The notes beneath the pieces were generated by a model. That model searched no databases and was not told where the DNA came from. It was given only the letters and a program-made list of their open reading frames with translations. A program made the position numbers and the translations under genes. A stretch of DNA of 64,000 nt. Source: Sphyrna mokarran. Lineage: Eukaryota. Below, piece by piece: positions 13,710 through 24,239 of the stretch (position 1 is its first letter; every line of letters begins with the position of its first letter). The stretch is taken from the NCBI GenBank assembly GCA_024679065.1, contig JAGIQG010000009.1, positions 81,344,001-81,408,000 of the forward strand, written 5' to 3'.

Positions 13710-14093
13710 ATGAGATAAAGTGAGGGAGGAACTGAGAGGAATAGAGAGAGGGAGAATGAGAAGGGAGAAAGAAAGACTCATTGAGAGGGTAAACAAAGAG
13801 AGTGAGACAGGAAGGACAAAAAAGTGAGACAGCAAGAGTGTTGTGGATAGAAAGAGAGACAAATGAAGAGTTACTCAGAGATTGAAAGAGACAGCAATTG
13901 AGGGAGTGATAGAGTGAGGGAGACAGAGACTGAGGGACAGATATCGAGAGAGAAAGACTGAGAATGAGAGAGAGAGAAACTGAGAGACAAATACAGAGAG
14001 AGAGAAAGAAAGAGAAACCAACGGCGAGTGAAGGACAGATTCTGAGGGACAGAGACTGAGGGACAGAGATTGAGGGATAGAGAGAGAAGAAGA
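13710..14093. repeat. GA-rich low-complexity tract upstream of the V promoter
   Basis: (GA)n and gagggacagagact units; mirrored at about 170-570 and 49775-50150. Confidence 0.8.
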
Positions 14094-14187
14094 GGAAGTG
14101 AAAGGTGCTGACGTGGTTTCTCTGGGTCAGACCATTTACAAACTGAGGAACAGGCAGTGAGACTCTCACAGGCTGCAGCTTTATAAA
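14094..14187 (+). promoter_or_regulatory. V promoter of cluster B
   Basis: GGAAGTGAAA 14094-14103, TGACGTGG 14109-14116, ATTTACAA 14134-14141, TATAAA 14182-14187, about 60 bp before the ATG. Confidence 0.7.
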
Positions 14188-14246
14188 GCAGAGCCCAGTG
14201 AAGGGAGAGTTTATCAGTAACAGGCACAGGGACACGAGCACACACC

Positions 14247-14295
14247 ATGATTTCAGCCATCCAGCTGCTCTGGTCTCTGGCATTCTGCATCGCAG
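14247..14295 (+). CDS. IGKV: Ig kappa leader exon, cluster B (MISAIQLLWSLAFCIA-G)
   Basis: Kozak-like caccATG, hydrophobic 16 codons plus 1 nt, phase-1 donor CAG|gtact, in frame with the V exon. Confidence 0.92.
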
Positions 14296-14481
14296 GTACT
14301 AATCTCTCTCCTTCCACCTTGAATATTTTCCTGCTCTCCATTTCAATCCAATTCTCCTGACTTGTGATTGAAGGGAAAATGTTGAAAGGAGAGGAACAGT
14401 CAGTGTCTTCAACAATATCTCATTGTACAGCCTCTTTCTGTGACAGTTCTCACTTCACTCTGTTTCTCTATTACCCCTCAG

Positions 14482-14780
14482 GTATCAATGGAGAGGTCAT
14501 CATGACCCAGACCCCCGCGGTGCTGTCAGTGAGCCTGGGCCAGACCGCCACCATCACCTGTACGGCCAGTGAATCTGTTAGCAGCTATGTGAGTTGGTAT
14601 CAACAGCGAGAAGGACAGAAACCGGCTCTACTGATCTATGACGCATCAACTCGATTCACAGGAGTATCTGACCGATTCAGTGGCAGTGGATCTGGGACAA
14701 GTTTCACCCTGACAATCAGCAATGTTCAGAATGAGGATGTTGCTGATTATTACTGTCAGCAAGGATACAGCTACTCACTA
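14482..14780 (+). CDS. IGKV: Ig kappa (type III/NS4-like) V exon, germline unrearranged, cluster B
   Basis: Acceptor ctcag| then [66 protein letters not shown], abutting a 12-RSS. Confidence 0.97.
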
Positions 14781-14808
14781 CACAGTGATACAGAGCCTTA
14801 CAAAAACC
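14781..14808 (+). other. V recombination signal sequence, 12-bp spacer
   Basis: CACAGTG-atacagagcctt-ACAAAAACC, perfect consensus. Confidence 0.98.
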
Positions 14809-14811
14809 CCA

Positions 14812-15235
14812 ACACACAGAGCACCACCTCCTGTACTGATACATCCCACAGTTTTATATAATATATAATAATGGACACACAGTCCCACCTCCTGTACTGA
14901 CACATCCCACAGTTTTATATAATATATAATAATGGACACACAGTCCCACCTCCTGTACTGACACATCCCACAGTTTTATATAATATATAATAATGGACAC
15001 ACAGTCCCACCTGTACTGACACATCCCACAGTTTTATATAATATATAATAATGGACACACAGTCCCACCTCCTGTACTGACACATCCCACAGTTTTATAT
15101 AATATATAATAATGGACACACAGTCCCACCTCCTGTACTGACACATCCCACAGTTTTATATAATATATAATAATGGACACACAGCACCACCTTCTGTACT
15201 GACACATCCCACAGTTTTATAAAATATATAATAAA
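14812..15235. repeat. 61-bp minisatellite x7 between V and J
   Basis: Unit cacagtcccacctcctgtactgacacatcccacagttttatataatatataataatggaca. Confidence 0.95.
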
Positions 15236-15509
15236 CACAAGAAAGGAAACTGAAAAAATTATTTGCACTGTCCGCTACACACTCCAGTCCCTGTCGTTTC
15301 CATTGCTCGCTGAAGGCCTCGAGTTTCCCTCTTACTCTCCATGTTCACACATGAAGAGCAGCTGAAAGATTTCTCGTCTTAAATTAGAATTCTCAACTCT
15401 CCCAATAAAACACAGGGATATTGAGAGTAACAGAGAGAGAGAAACAGGGAGACAGAAAGAGTGAGAGAGAAAGAGATGAGTGAGTGAGTGAGTGAGTCAG
15501 AGAGACAGA

Positions 15510-15548
15510 GGTTTTTGTACAGCTCCTGCACTGGAAGCTGTCAGTGTG
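15510..15548 (-). other. J recombination signal sequence, 23-bp spacer
   Basis: GGTTTTTGT-23 bp-CAGTGTG (heptamer CACACTG, one mismatch to consensus). Confidence 0.95.
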
Positions 15549-15583
15549 CCTTACGTTTGGTAAAGGAACCAAACTCAGACTGA
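15549..15583 (+). CDS. IGKJ: Ig kappa J segment, cluster B (LTFGKGTKLRL)
   Basis: FGXG motif after the 23-RSS; phase-1 donor A|gtaagt matches the phase of the C exon. Confidence 0.96.
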
Positions 15584-16119
15584 GTAAGTAAAGCCCAATC
15601 CTCCGTTATTAACCCTTTCAATGCTGAAACTTTCTCAAACACAAATACTGAATAGTTGAAGGTGTTAGTGAGGAAGTTACAGTCAATGAAATGGTTGATT
15701 GAAGAACATTGTGTAGAACAGGGAGTCCAGCTGTATTTCTTTCCTTCCATTCCCCCCTTTAAACAGCAAGATTTCAGTAAGCAGCTTTTACCCACCGTGT
15801 GGAGGAGATCTGGACGTTTGCAGACTGTGTTCACATTCCTGCAGCATGGAGTGAAATCACTCTCTAGACTCCTGTCGGTCTCAGTGTGACACACACAGGC
15901 AGAGTTTGATGTGAAGTTGAACTCTCTGTCTCACTCTCTGATATAACTGATCACAGCAGCAGCACAGTGAGACACCGAGGTGTCACCTGCCCCAGCTTTC
16001 ACTCTGCTCTCTCCACTCCCTGCTTCTCTCTTGCTGAAGTTCTGATGACAAACAGCCACAGCAGGGCTCACAATCCAGTGGCTTCAGTGTTCCAGGCTTT
16101 TGTTACTTTCTCTTTGCGA

Positions 16120-16205
16120 TGAGTTCAGGCCAATATTTATCCTGGATCCAACATCACTGAAAATGCTGATTGCTATATGTGGGATCTTGCTGTGTACATG
16201 TTGTA
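16120..16205 (+). mobile_element. Deu-domain SINE remnant in the J-C intron
   Basis: ggccaatatttatcc..caacatcact..gtgggatcttgctgtg resembles the Deu core and the copy at 20450-20710. Confidence 0.5.
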
Positions 16206-16399
16206 ACCAGTCCTCAGACAGGATCCCTCATTTGTTAACTTCCTGAACAGGATCCCAATTTTGTTTTCCTCTGGGTGAGGAATAATCAGCTGGAATCCTG
16301 CCCTCGATTGGTCACAACACAGATCATTTAAAATGGATCCCTTCACTGTGAAAACCTTACACAGTCCGTGTAGTTTTTTATTAGCCATTGAATCCCTAC

Positions 16400-19300
16400 A
16401 GTGCAGGAGGAGGATATTCAGTCCATTGACAGAATTATGAGAGACAGAGATAGGGTAGATATGAGGAAACTTTTCTCGTTAATCACAGAAGCAGCAGATT
16501 TTGAGAGACGTGAGGGAAATCTTTTCACCCGATTCTCCAAAAGAGCTTCTTACCCAGGCTCCCTGTAACCCTGCACATTTACCATTGCTAACCCACCTAA
16601 AGAACACACGAGGGGCAATTTAGCATGGCCAATCCATCTAACCTGCACATTTTCGCAATTACTCAGAGGGTAGTGAGGACATGGAATGCTCTGCCTGCAG
16701 CAGCTGTGGACTCACCAATTTTAAAAGCATTCAAATGGTCAGTGTATAGGCATAGGAATAATATTGGATTAGTTTAGGTTAGAGGGTCATTAGATTGGTT
16801 TCATTGGTCAGCACAACATTGAGGGCCGAAGGGCCTGTACTGCACTGTAATGTTCTATGTTCTATGCACATCGGAATTTTCCAGAAAATAGTAATTTTAC
16901 ATTCTCATCATTTACCTCTTGGCTCAGTCAGAATGCCATTGAAATTTACAGCACAGAAAGAAGCCCTTCAGCCCATCCTGTCTCTGCCGGCCATCAAGCT
17001 CCTAATTATTCTAATCACATTTTCCAACACTTGATTCATAGCCTTGTCGGCTTTGGAATTCCAAATGCTCATCTAAATGATTCTTAAATGTTGTGAGGGT
17101 TCCTGCCTCTAGCACCCTTTCAGGTAGTGAGTTCCAGATTCCCAACACCCTCTGAGTGAAAAGGTTTTTCCTACAATCCCTCAAAATCTTCTGCTTCTGA
17201 AATTAAATCTATGCTCCCTGGTTTTTGAATCTACTGCTCAAAGGGGAAAAGTTCCTTCGTATCTGTTCTATGTCTTCATAATTTGGATGTGCTGCAGTTA
17301 TACAGGGCTTTGGTGAGGCAGCACTGGGAATATTGTGCACAGTTTTGGTCTCGCAATCTCAGGAAGGATATTTTGCTCTAGAGAGAGTGCAGAGAAGGTA
17401 TCCCAGACAGATTCCTGTTATAATGGGACTGATGTATGAGGAGAGATTGAGCTGGTTAAGACTTATATTCACTGGAATTCAGAGGAATGAGGAAATATCT
17501 CATGCAGACTTATAAAATTCGAACAGGTTAGGGGGAATAGTGAGGTAAATACATGGGGTTTATGGGGTAAGAGTTGATGCAGACTCGATGGGCCGAATGG
17601 TCTCCGTCTGCACTTTAGAGATTCTATTGACCATGTCTGTGCCGGCCATTAAGTATCTATCGATTCTAATCCCATTTTCCAGCATTTGGTCCGTTGCTTT
17701 GTTTGCTTTGGAATTTCAAGTGCTCATCTAAAAGCTTCTTAAATGTTGTGAAGGTTCCCACCTCCACCATCCTTTCAGGCAGTGAGTCCCAGATTCCCAG
17801 CACCCTCTGAGTGAAAAGATTTCCCTCAATTCCCTCAGAATCTGTTGCCTCTGTGATTCAGGGGAAAAGTTTCCGGCTATCTACCCTATCCCTGTCCCTT
17901 GTAATTCTGTCTTTCTGCAGTTATACAGGGCCTTGGTGAGACCACACTGGGAATAATGTGTACAGTTTTATCCCATCATCTGAGGAAGAATGCTTTTGCA
18001 ACAGAGGAAGTGCAGCAAATGTTTACTGGAATGATTTCTGTGATAGTGGGATTGATGTAGGAGGAGAGATTGCATTGGTATTTTTTTTAACTTTATTTCT
18101 TAGTCACAAGTAGGCTTACATTCACACTGCAATGAAGTCACTGAGAAAATAGCCACATGGCCACATTCCGGTGTCTCTTCTGTCGGCGAATTTAACTTTG
18201 CCAATTCACCGAACCTGCACACCTTTTGGACTGTGGGAAGAAACGGTAGTACCTGGAGGAAACCTACGCAGACATGGGAAGAATGTGCAAACTCCACACA
18301 GACAGTGAGCCAAGCTGGTCATTGAACCTGGGCCTGTGACACTGTGAGTCAGCAGTGCCAACCACTGTGTCACCGTGCTGCCCCACTGCAGTTCAGAAGA
18401 ATGATGGGGATCACATAAAAACCTATAAAAGTCCAACGGGAATAGTCAGGAGAGATACAGAAAGCATGTTCCCAATGCTGGGAGTGTCCCGTTTGAAGCA
18501 TCATAATCTGAGAATATGGGGTAAACCTTTTAGGACTGAGGTGAGGAGAAATTCCTTCACCTAGAGAGGGATAAACCTGTGGAATTCACTATCACAGAAA
18601 GCAGCTGAGGACAAAATATTATACATTTTCAAGAAGGAGTTAGATTTAGCTCTTGGGGTGAATAGGATAAAATAATTTGGCGGGGAAGACAAGATCTGAC
18701 TCCTTATTGGATGATCAGCCATGACCATGATGAATAGTGGAACAGGCTCAAAGGGCCAAATGGCCTATTCCTGTTCCTATTTCCTGTGATTCTCTGCAGA
18801 CCAGTATTTATCACCCATCCCAAATTGCCCTGGTGAAGATGGTGCTGAGGTGATGGAATAAGTTCTACTCCAATGAGTATCAGCCCAACCTGCTCAACCT
18901 TTCCTCATAAGACAATCCCTTACTCAGTGGAATCAGCCCAGTGAACCATCTCTGAACTCTTTCCAATTCTACTATATCTTTCCTTAAGTACGGAGACCCT
19001 AAGTGTCCACAATATTCTCAGTGTGATTTTCCCAATGTGCTGGAGCAAAACATCCCTCCTTTTATACTCATCCTCATTGGAATGAAGAGCAACATTCCAT
19101 TTGCCTTCCTAATATTTTTCTGTTCCTGGATGCAAACACACCCAGATCACTCGATAGAATTTCTCCAGTTAACTAGTATTCTGCTCTATTCTCCTGCCAA
19201 AGTGGACAACCTCACATTTTCCCACATTATTCCCCATCTGTCGATGTTTCCCCACTCACTGAACCTATCTCTATTCCTTTTCAGACTCTGTATCCTCCTC

Positions 19301-20250
19301 ACAACATGCATTTCTACTTTTCATTTTATCATCAGCAAGTTTAGTGACATTCCTCTCATTCCTTCATCCAGCTCATTAATATAGATTGTAGAGTTAAACC
19401 CCAAACAACAACCATCTTCCTTTGTGCCGGGTACAACTCCAACCAGTGGAGAGTTTTCCCCTGATTCCCATTGGCTCCAGTTTTGTGAGGGCTCCTAGAT
19501 GCCACACTTGCTGAAATGCTGCCTTGATGTTAAGGACAGTCTCTCTCACCTCACCTCTGGAGTTCAGCTCTTTTGTCCATGTTTGAACCAAGACTGTAAT
19601 GAGATCAGGAGCTGAGTGATCATGGTGGAACACAAACTGAGTGTCAGTGAGCAGATTATTGCTGAGTAAGTGCTGCTTGGTATCGCTCTGGATATGTTCA
19701 GATCACATTGCTGATGATCGAGAGTAGACTGATGGGGTGGGTATTGTGTGGTTTGGATTTATCCTGTTTTTCGTGCAGTTCATAACCGGGTAATTTGTTA
19801 CAATGTTGTGTTGATGCCAGTGTTGTAGATGTACTGGAACAGCTTGGTTAGGGACACGGGAAGTTCTGGAGTGCAAGTCTTCAGGACCTCCAGGGAAGGT
19901 CGAGATGGATCATACACTAAGAACTTCTGGCTGAAGATTCCTGCAAATACTTCAGCCTTATCTTTTCTCCTGATGTGCTGGGTTTTTCCATCATTGAAGA
20001 TGGGAATATTTGTGGTGCCTCCTCCAGTGAGTTGTTTAATTGTCCACCACCATTCACGGCTGGATGTGGCAGGACTGCAGAGCTTAGATCTGATCCATAG
20101 GTTGTGGGATGGTTTAACTCTGTCTATCACTTGCTGCTTCTGCTGTTTGGCACACAGTCTCTGTGTTGTAGCTTCAGCAGGTTAACACCTCATTTTTCAG
20201 TATGCCTGTTGTTGCTCCTGGCATGTCCTCCTGCACTCTTCATTGAACTG
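16400..20250. mobile_element. Nested CR1, other LINE and SINE fragments filling the J-C intron
   Basis: (gttctat)n tails, LERVQRR and YEERL motifs, SINE at about 18090-18380(-), LINE RT fragment at about 19400-20250(-). Confidence 0.75.
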
Positions 20251-20449
20251 AAAGCAGCAGAGAATCCACAGAAACAGACTGATGTTTGTCTGATGTGTCT
20301 GTGTGTTTATTAGATGTGACTGAGCAGATAGCAAGTGCTTCAGCAGCAACAAAGATGTTTCTCTAGTTCACTTCCTACTTTCCCCATCCATTTCCAAAAT
20401 CTTCTTGGGGAAAGGGCCAGCACCTGTCATATCCCCCCTTAAACTACAG

Positions 20450-20710
20450 GCCACCCATCTTTCAGATGAGACAATCTGATATCTGCCCTCTCAGAGGGTG
20501 TGAAAGATCCCATGGTACTATTGGAAGAAGAGCAGGGGAGTTCACCCCGGTGAACTGGTCAATATTCATCCCTCAATCAACATCACTACAAATCTGCTTA
20601 TCTGTTCTTTCTCACTCTGTTCCCTGGGATCTGGCTGTGCGCAATGAGCTGTAAAACTCATTGGAACATTCTGAGGTGGTGACAGGTGCTATAGAAATGT
20701 AATTCTGTCT
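20450..20710 (+). mobile_element. Deu-domain SINE (SacSINE1-like) remnant
   Basis: gatcccatggtactattggaagaagagcaggggagttc..caatattcatccctcaatcaacatcact; family assignment recalled, not searched. Confidence 0.6.
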
Positions 20711-22024
20711 TTGAGATTGAAGATTCTCACCCATTCTCCACATACTCATACCCTCCAGAGTTCATGGGGTCATTCGGAGCAGTGACCCTGTCTGACCCCT
20801 GGACACTGAGACTAATTCTAGCCTCACCCTTGACCTCAGCCCAGTGCTGGACAGTAAGGTTTGAAATGAAATCTAGAAGTTTCTACACCAGCCAATGGGA
20901 ATCCTGTGTGAAGTGTGTTGATCCAAGTCTGCTCCAATGTTCTGGGATAAAATTCTCCTGATCTGTGTGTGATCTGAGGTTTCTTGAAGCTCAACTTGTT
21001 TCCCCCAGACAGACTGAGCAATAGTTCCAGCTTCCTGATTGGTTAACAGTCTCTTAAAGGGACACTGTGTCTTTAAATACTCTCACAATTAACCATTTCA
21101 GTGCTGAATTTGCAATAATCATCTTTACAGTTTCAGTAAGATTGCAAAATGATTTAACCAGCTTCAAATCAAACGTTTACCTTCAGACATGGAACTAATT
21201 TGAATTCAAATGTGCCACTTTCCCTCGGATTCCATCAGCTTTTAATTTTAAAAAGCGTGATCTATCCTCCAGTCCACCCATACCACACCAGTACCCAGAG
21301 AGGATTGGAAAATAATGGTCAGAGTCTCTGTTATTTCTTCCTGTTCTTCCCTTCACTTCCTGGGATACATTTCACCCGGCCCTGGGAATTTCTCCATTTT
21401 AAATGGTGATAAACGCATTAATAGCTCCTCGCTCACCATCATTATCCCATTAATTATTTCACAATCCCTCCTCTCCTGAACCACAATGTCAACTTTGTCC
21501 TTCCACACACAAGTTACCTTTTCGCTCTCTAATCAGCCCTATTTAATCCTTAGTTATTCTCTTTGCAATGTCCCATACTATTGCTTGATGAACATATATG
21601 TCCTGAACTCTATCTCCAGCTCGAATATCCTCCCACTGCTCTGACACTGATTTACCTTCAAGTCACTGTTTCCTTTCCATTTTGACAAATTCCAGTTTAG
21701 TGAAATTGACCTTTTCCCATTTAAAACGTTTACTCTTGATCGATCTTTCCCCTTTTCCGTAGCTACTCTAAATCTATTATGATCATTATTACCCAAATGC
21801 TCTCTCACTGATACACCTTCCACATGCTGAGTTTCATTCTCTAAAACTGCTAAAATTGCCCCTTCTCTTGTTGGGATTGTTCCGTACTGGTTAAAAAAGT
21901 TCCTCCAGAGTGGATTTTCGGAATTCTGCAACATCAAATCATTGACACTGATTTGATCCCAGTTAATATTCGGGTTGTTGAAAGGCTGAAAATGGCAGTG
22001 ATTAAAATTCCTTTTCTCTTTCAG

Positions 22025-22353
22025 CTCGTGAGAATTCACAACCCACGCTGACCCTGCTGCCCCCCTCCCCGGAGGAGGTCAAGACCAAGGGCACTGCCAC
22101 CCTGGTGTGCCTTGCCAATCACTTCTATCCCGATGAGGTGGAGGTGAAGTGGAAGAAGGACGGTGCAGCCATTTCCAACGGGGTTCAGACCAGCAATTAC
22201 CTGCGAGCTTCGGACAACACTTACAGCGTCAGCAGCCTGCTGACCCTCTCTGGCTCCGACTGGGAGTCCAACGCTCGCTTCTCCTGTGCCCTCACCCACG
22301 TGAGCCTCTCCTCTCCCCTCAGCAAGAGTGTCAGGAGTTCAGAATGTGCCTAG
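22025..22353 (+). CDS. IGKC: Ig kappa constant exon, cluster B
   Basis: Acceptor tttcag| then (T)RENSQPTLTLLPPSPEEVKTKGTATLVCLANHFYP..W..YSVSSLLTL..FSCALTH..SECA*; C1-set domain with the penultimate interchain Cys. Confidence 0.97.
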
Positions 22354-22726
22354 AGTGTTAGAGACAGTCCACAGAGGAGATACAACTTGGATAGAACAGG
22401 GGTGAGCTGGAAAGTAAAGATCATTGTCAGCATTGAATTACAACCCTCTTCCTGGGACTGGGTCTGAGACACTTCTGAGGGTCAGGGGTTAAAGAACATT
22501 GTTGGGATATTGTAGGGGGAGCTTTACTCTCTATTAACCCCGTGCTGTTCATTTATTGGGAGTGCTGAAGACTGTCAGCTGTACAAAAATAATGTGACCC
22601 TCTGAATTATCTGCTTTAGTGAACCAGACCTCCTTCCTGCTCACCCTGCAGTTACAATTGAAGCTTTAGTCACTGTTTAAAGAGAGAGGATTCTCATGTT
22701 ATTGAGAAAATCTCCACAAGTGTTTT

Positions 22727-22827
22727 AATAAACCTCCATTCTCCCTGTGAATTTCTCCAGCTTCCTCTGGCTGGGCTGTTTATTCAAGTCTTTTTTCTGT
22801 CAATGTCAATGTGTAAAAGGTAATAAA
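22727..22827 (+). terminator. Candidate polyadenylation signals, cluster B
   Basis: AATAAA at 22727-22732 and 22822-22827, both conserved in cluster C. Confidence 0.65.
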
Positions 22828-22954
22828 CATTAAGAATATTCAGTATATGTCTGGTGAGTGCTTTGGAAATGTCCCACCTCCCCATCAGCTGATTGGCTGC
22901 ATTTCACCAAGTGATTGTCCTGATTGGTTGCTTGGACTGTCAATCAATGACACA

Positions 22955-23214
22955 GTAAGCAGTCTGACAACACCCGGTTAAAGTCCAACAGGTTTATTTA
23001 GTAGCACAAACCACTCGCTTTCGGAGCACTGACCCTTCATCAGGTGAGAGGGAATTCTGTTCACAAACAGGGCATATAAGATATAAATTCAATTTACAAT
23101 TTTGTGTTTAATTGCCCTCTTTGTGAACAGAATAAACCTGTTGGACTTTAACCTGGTGGTGCGAGACTTCTTACTGTGTTTACCCGAGTCCAACGCCGAC
23201 ATCTCCACATCATC
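22955..23214. mobile_element. Penelope-like remnant with inverted ends, 12-bp target-site duplication and hammerhead-like core
   Basis: Inverted ggttaaagtccaacaggtttatt/aataaacctgttggactttaacc; ATCAATGACACA at 22943-22954 and 23215-23226; CTGATGA..GAAA on -. Confidence 0.6.
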
Positions 23215-23419
23215 ATCAATGACACATCAGCAGAAGATTGGATTCAAATCCAAACATCAGTTTGATCCGGAATCTCTTGAGTGACAAGATTGAAAACAGA
23301 AAAGAAACTGAAAGTTGCTGGGATTAAACCATCACAATTACAATTCTCCATCCCACGTTCACCACATTCCTCTTGACCTTCCCCTCTCACACGGTTTCAC
23401 GACTCCCATTGTTTCAAAT

Positions 23420-24160
23420 ACAAAGAACAAAAAAGAATCACTGCATCGGAAACAGGCCCTTCAGCCCTCCAGGCCTGTGCTCTCATTGGTCCAACTAGAC
23501 CGTTTGTTTGTATCCCTCCATTCCCAGTCTGCTCATGTGACGATCCAGGTAAGTCTTAAACGATCCCAGCGTGTCCACCTCCACCACCCTACTTGTTAGT
23601 GCATTCCAGGCCCCCACCTCCGCCTGTGTAAAAAACGTCCCTCTGATATCTGAGTTATTCCCCCTTCCTCTCACCTTCAGCCTATGTCCCATCATGATCG
23701 TCACCTCCGACCTTGGAAAAAGCTTTCCACTGTTCACCTTATCTGTACCCTTCATAATTTTGTACATCTCTATTAGATCTCCCCTCATTCTCCATCTTTC
23801 CAGAGAGAACAACCCCAGTTTACCTAATCTCTCCTCATAGCTAAGACCCTCCATACCAGGCAACATCCTGGTGAACCTCAAGGAGTAACTCTTGAAAACG
23901 GACATTGAATTCCCCACCCAGAGTACATTCTGTGTCCTTCCCACCCTCAGTCCTTCCTCCAAATGGTGTTCAACATGGAGGAGAACTGGTTCATCAGCTG
24001 AGGGGGACGTTATGTGGTAACCAGAGGAGGTTTCCTTGTCTGTGTTTGACATGGTACTGAGAGACTACATGGAGTCTGGAATGTTGTTGAGGATTCCCAG
24101 GATAACTCCCTCCTGACTGTATCCCACTGTGCCTTCTGTGCTGGCAGATTGGAGGTAGTG
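23420..24160 (-). mobile_element. CR1 3' fragment joined to an older LINE endonuclease fragment
   Basis: FTRMLPGMEGLSYEERLGKLGLFSLE; the 185-aa ORF is chimeric. Confidence 0.8.
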
Positions 24161-24239
24161 AACACGGTTCACAATTTCCTCCCGTCTCAGTAACAAACAT
24201 CCAGCTGCTCGAACTGGTACAGTAAAACGGTATTGACCA

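Noticed and set aside
13623-14341. Ser/Leu-rich antisense ORFs (also 256-645 and 49525-50243)
   Set aside because: Translations of CT/GA low-complexity DNA.
14364-14861. 165-aa ORF as a single-exon gene
   Set aside because: It starts in the leader intron and reads through the RSS; the real structure is spliced L-V joined to J by recombination.
15259-15268. Octamer-like TTATTTGCAC between V and J as a germline J promoter
   Set aside because: Single mismatched motif with no further support.
14482-15583. Germline-joined VJ, as known for some cartilaginous-fish light chains
   Set aside because: Both clusters keep intact 12- and 23-RSSs with about 700 bp between them.
21384-21393. NF-kB-like GGGAATTTCT in the J-C intron
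   Set aside because: Imperfect match lying within a decayed CR1 fragment.
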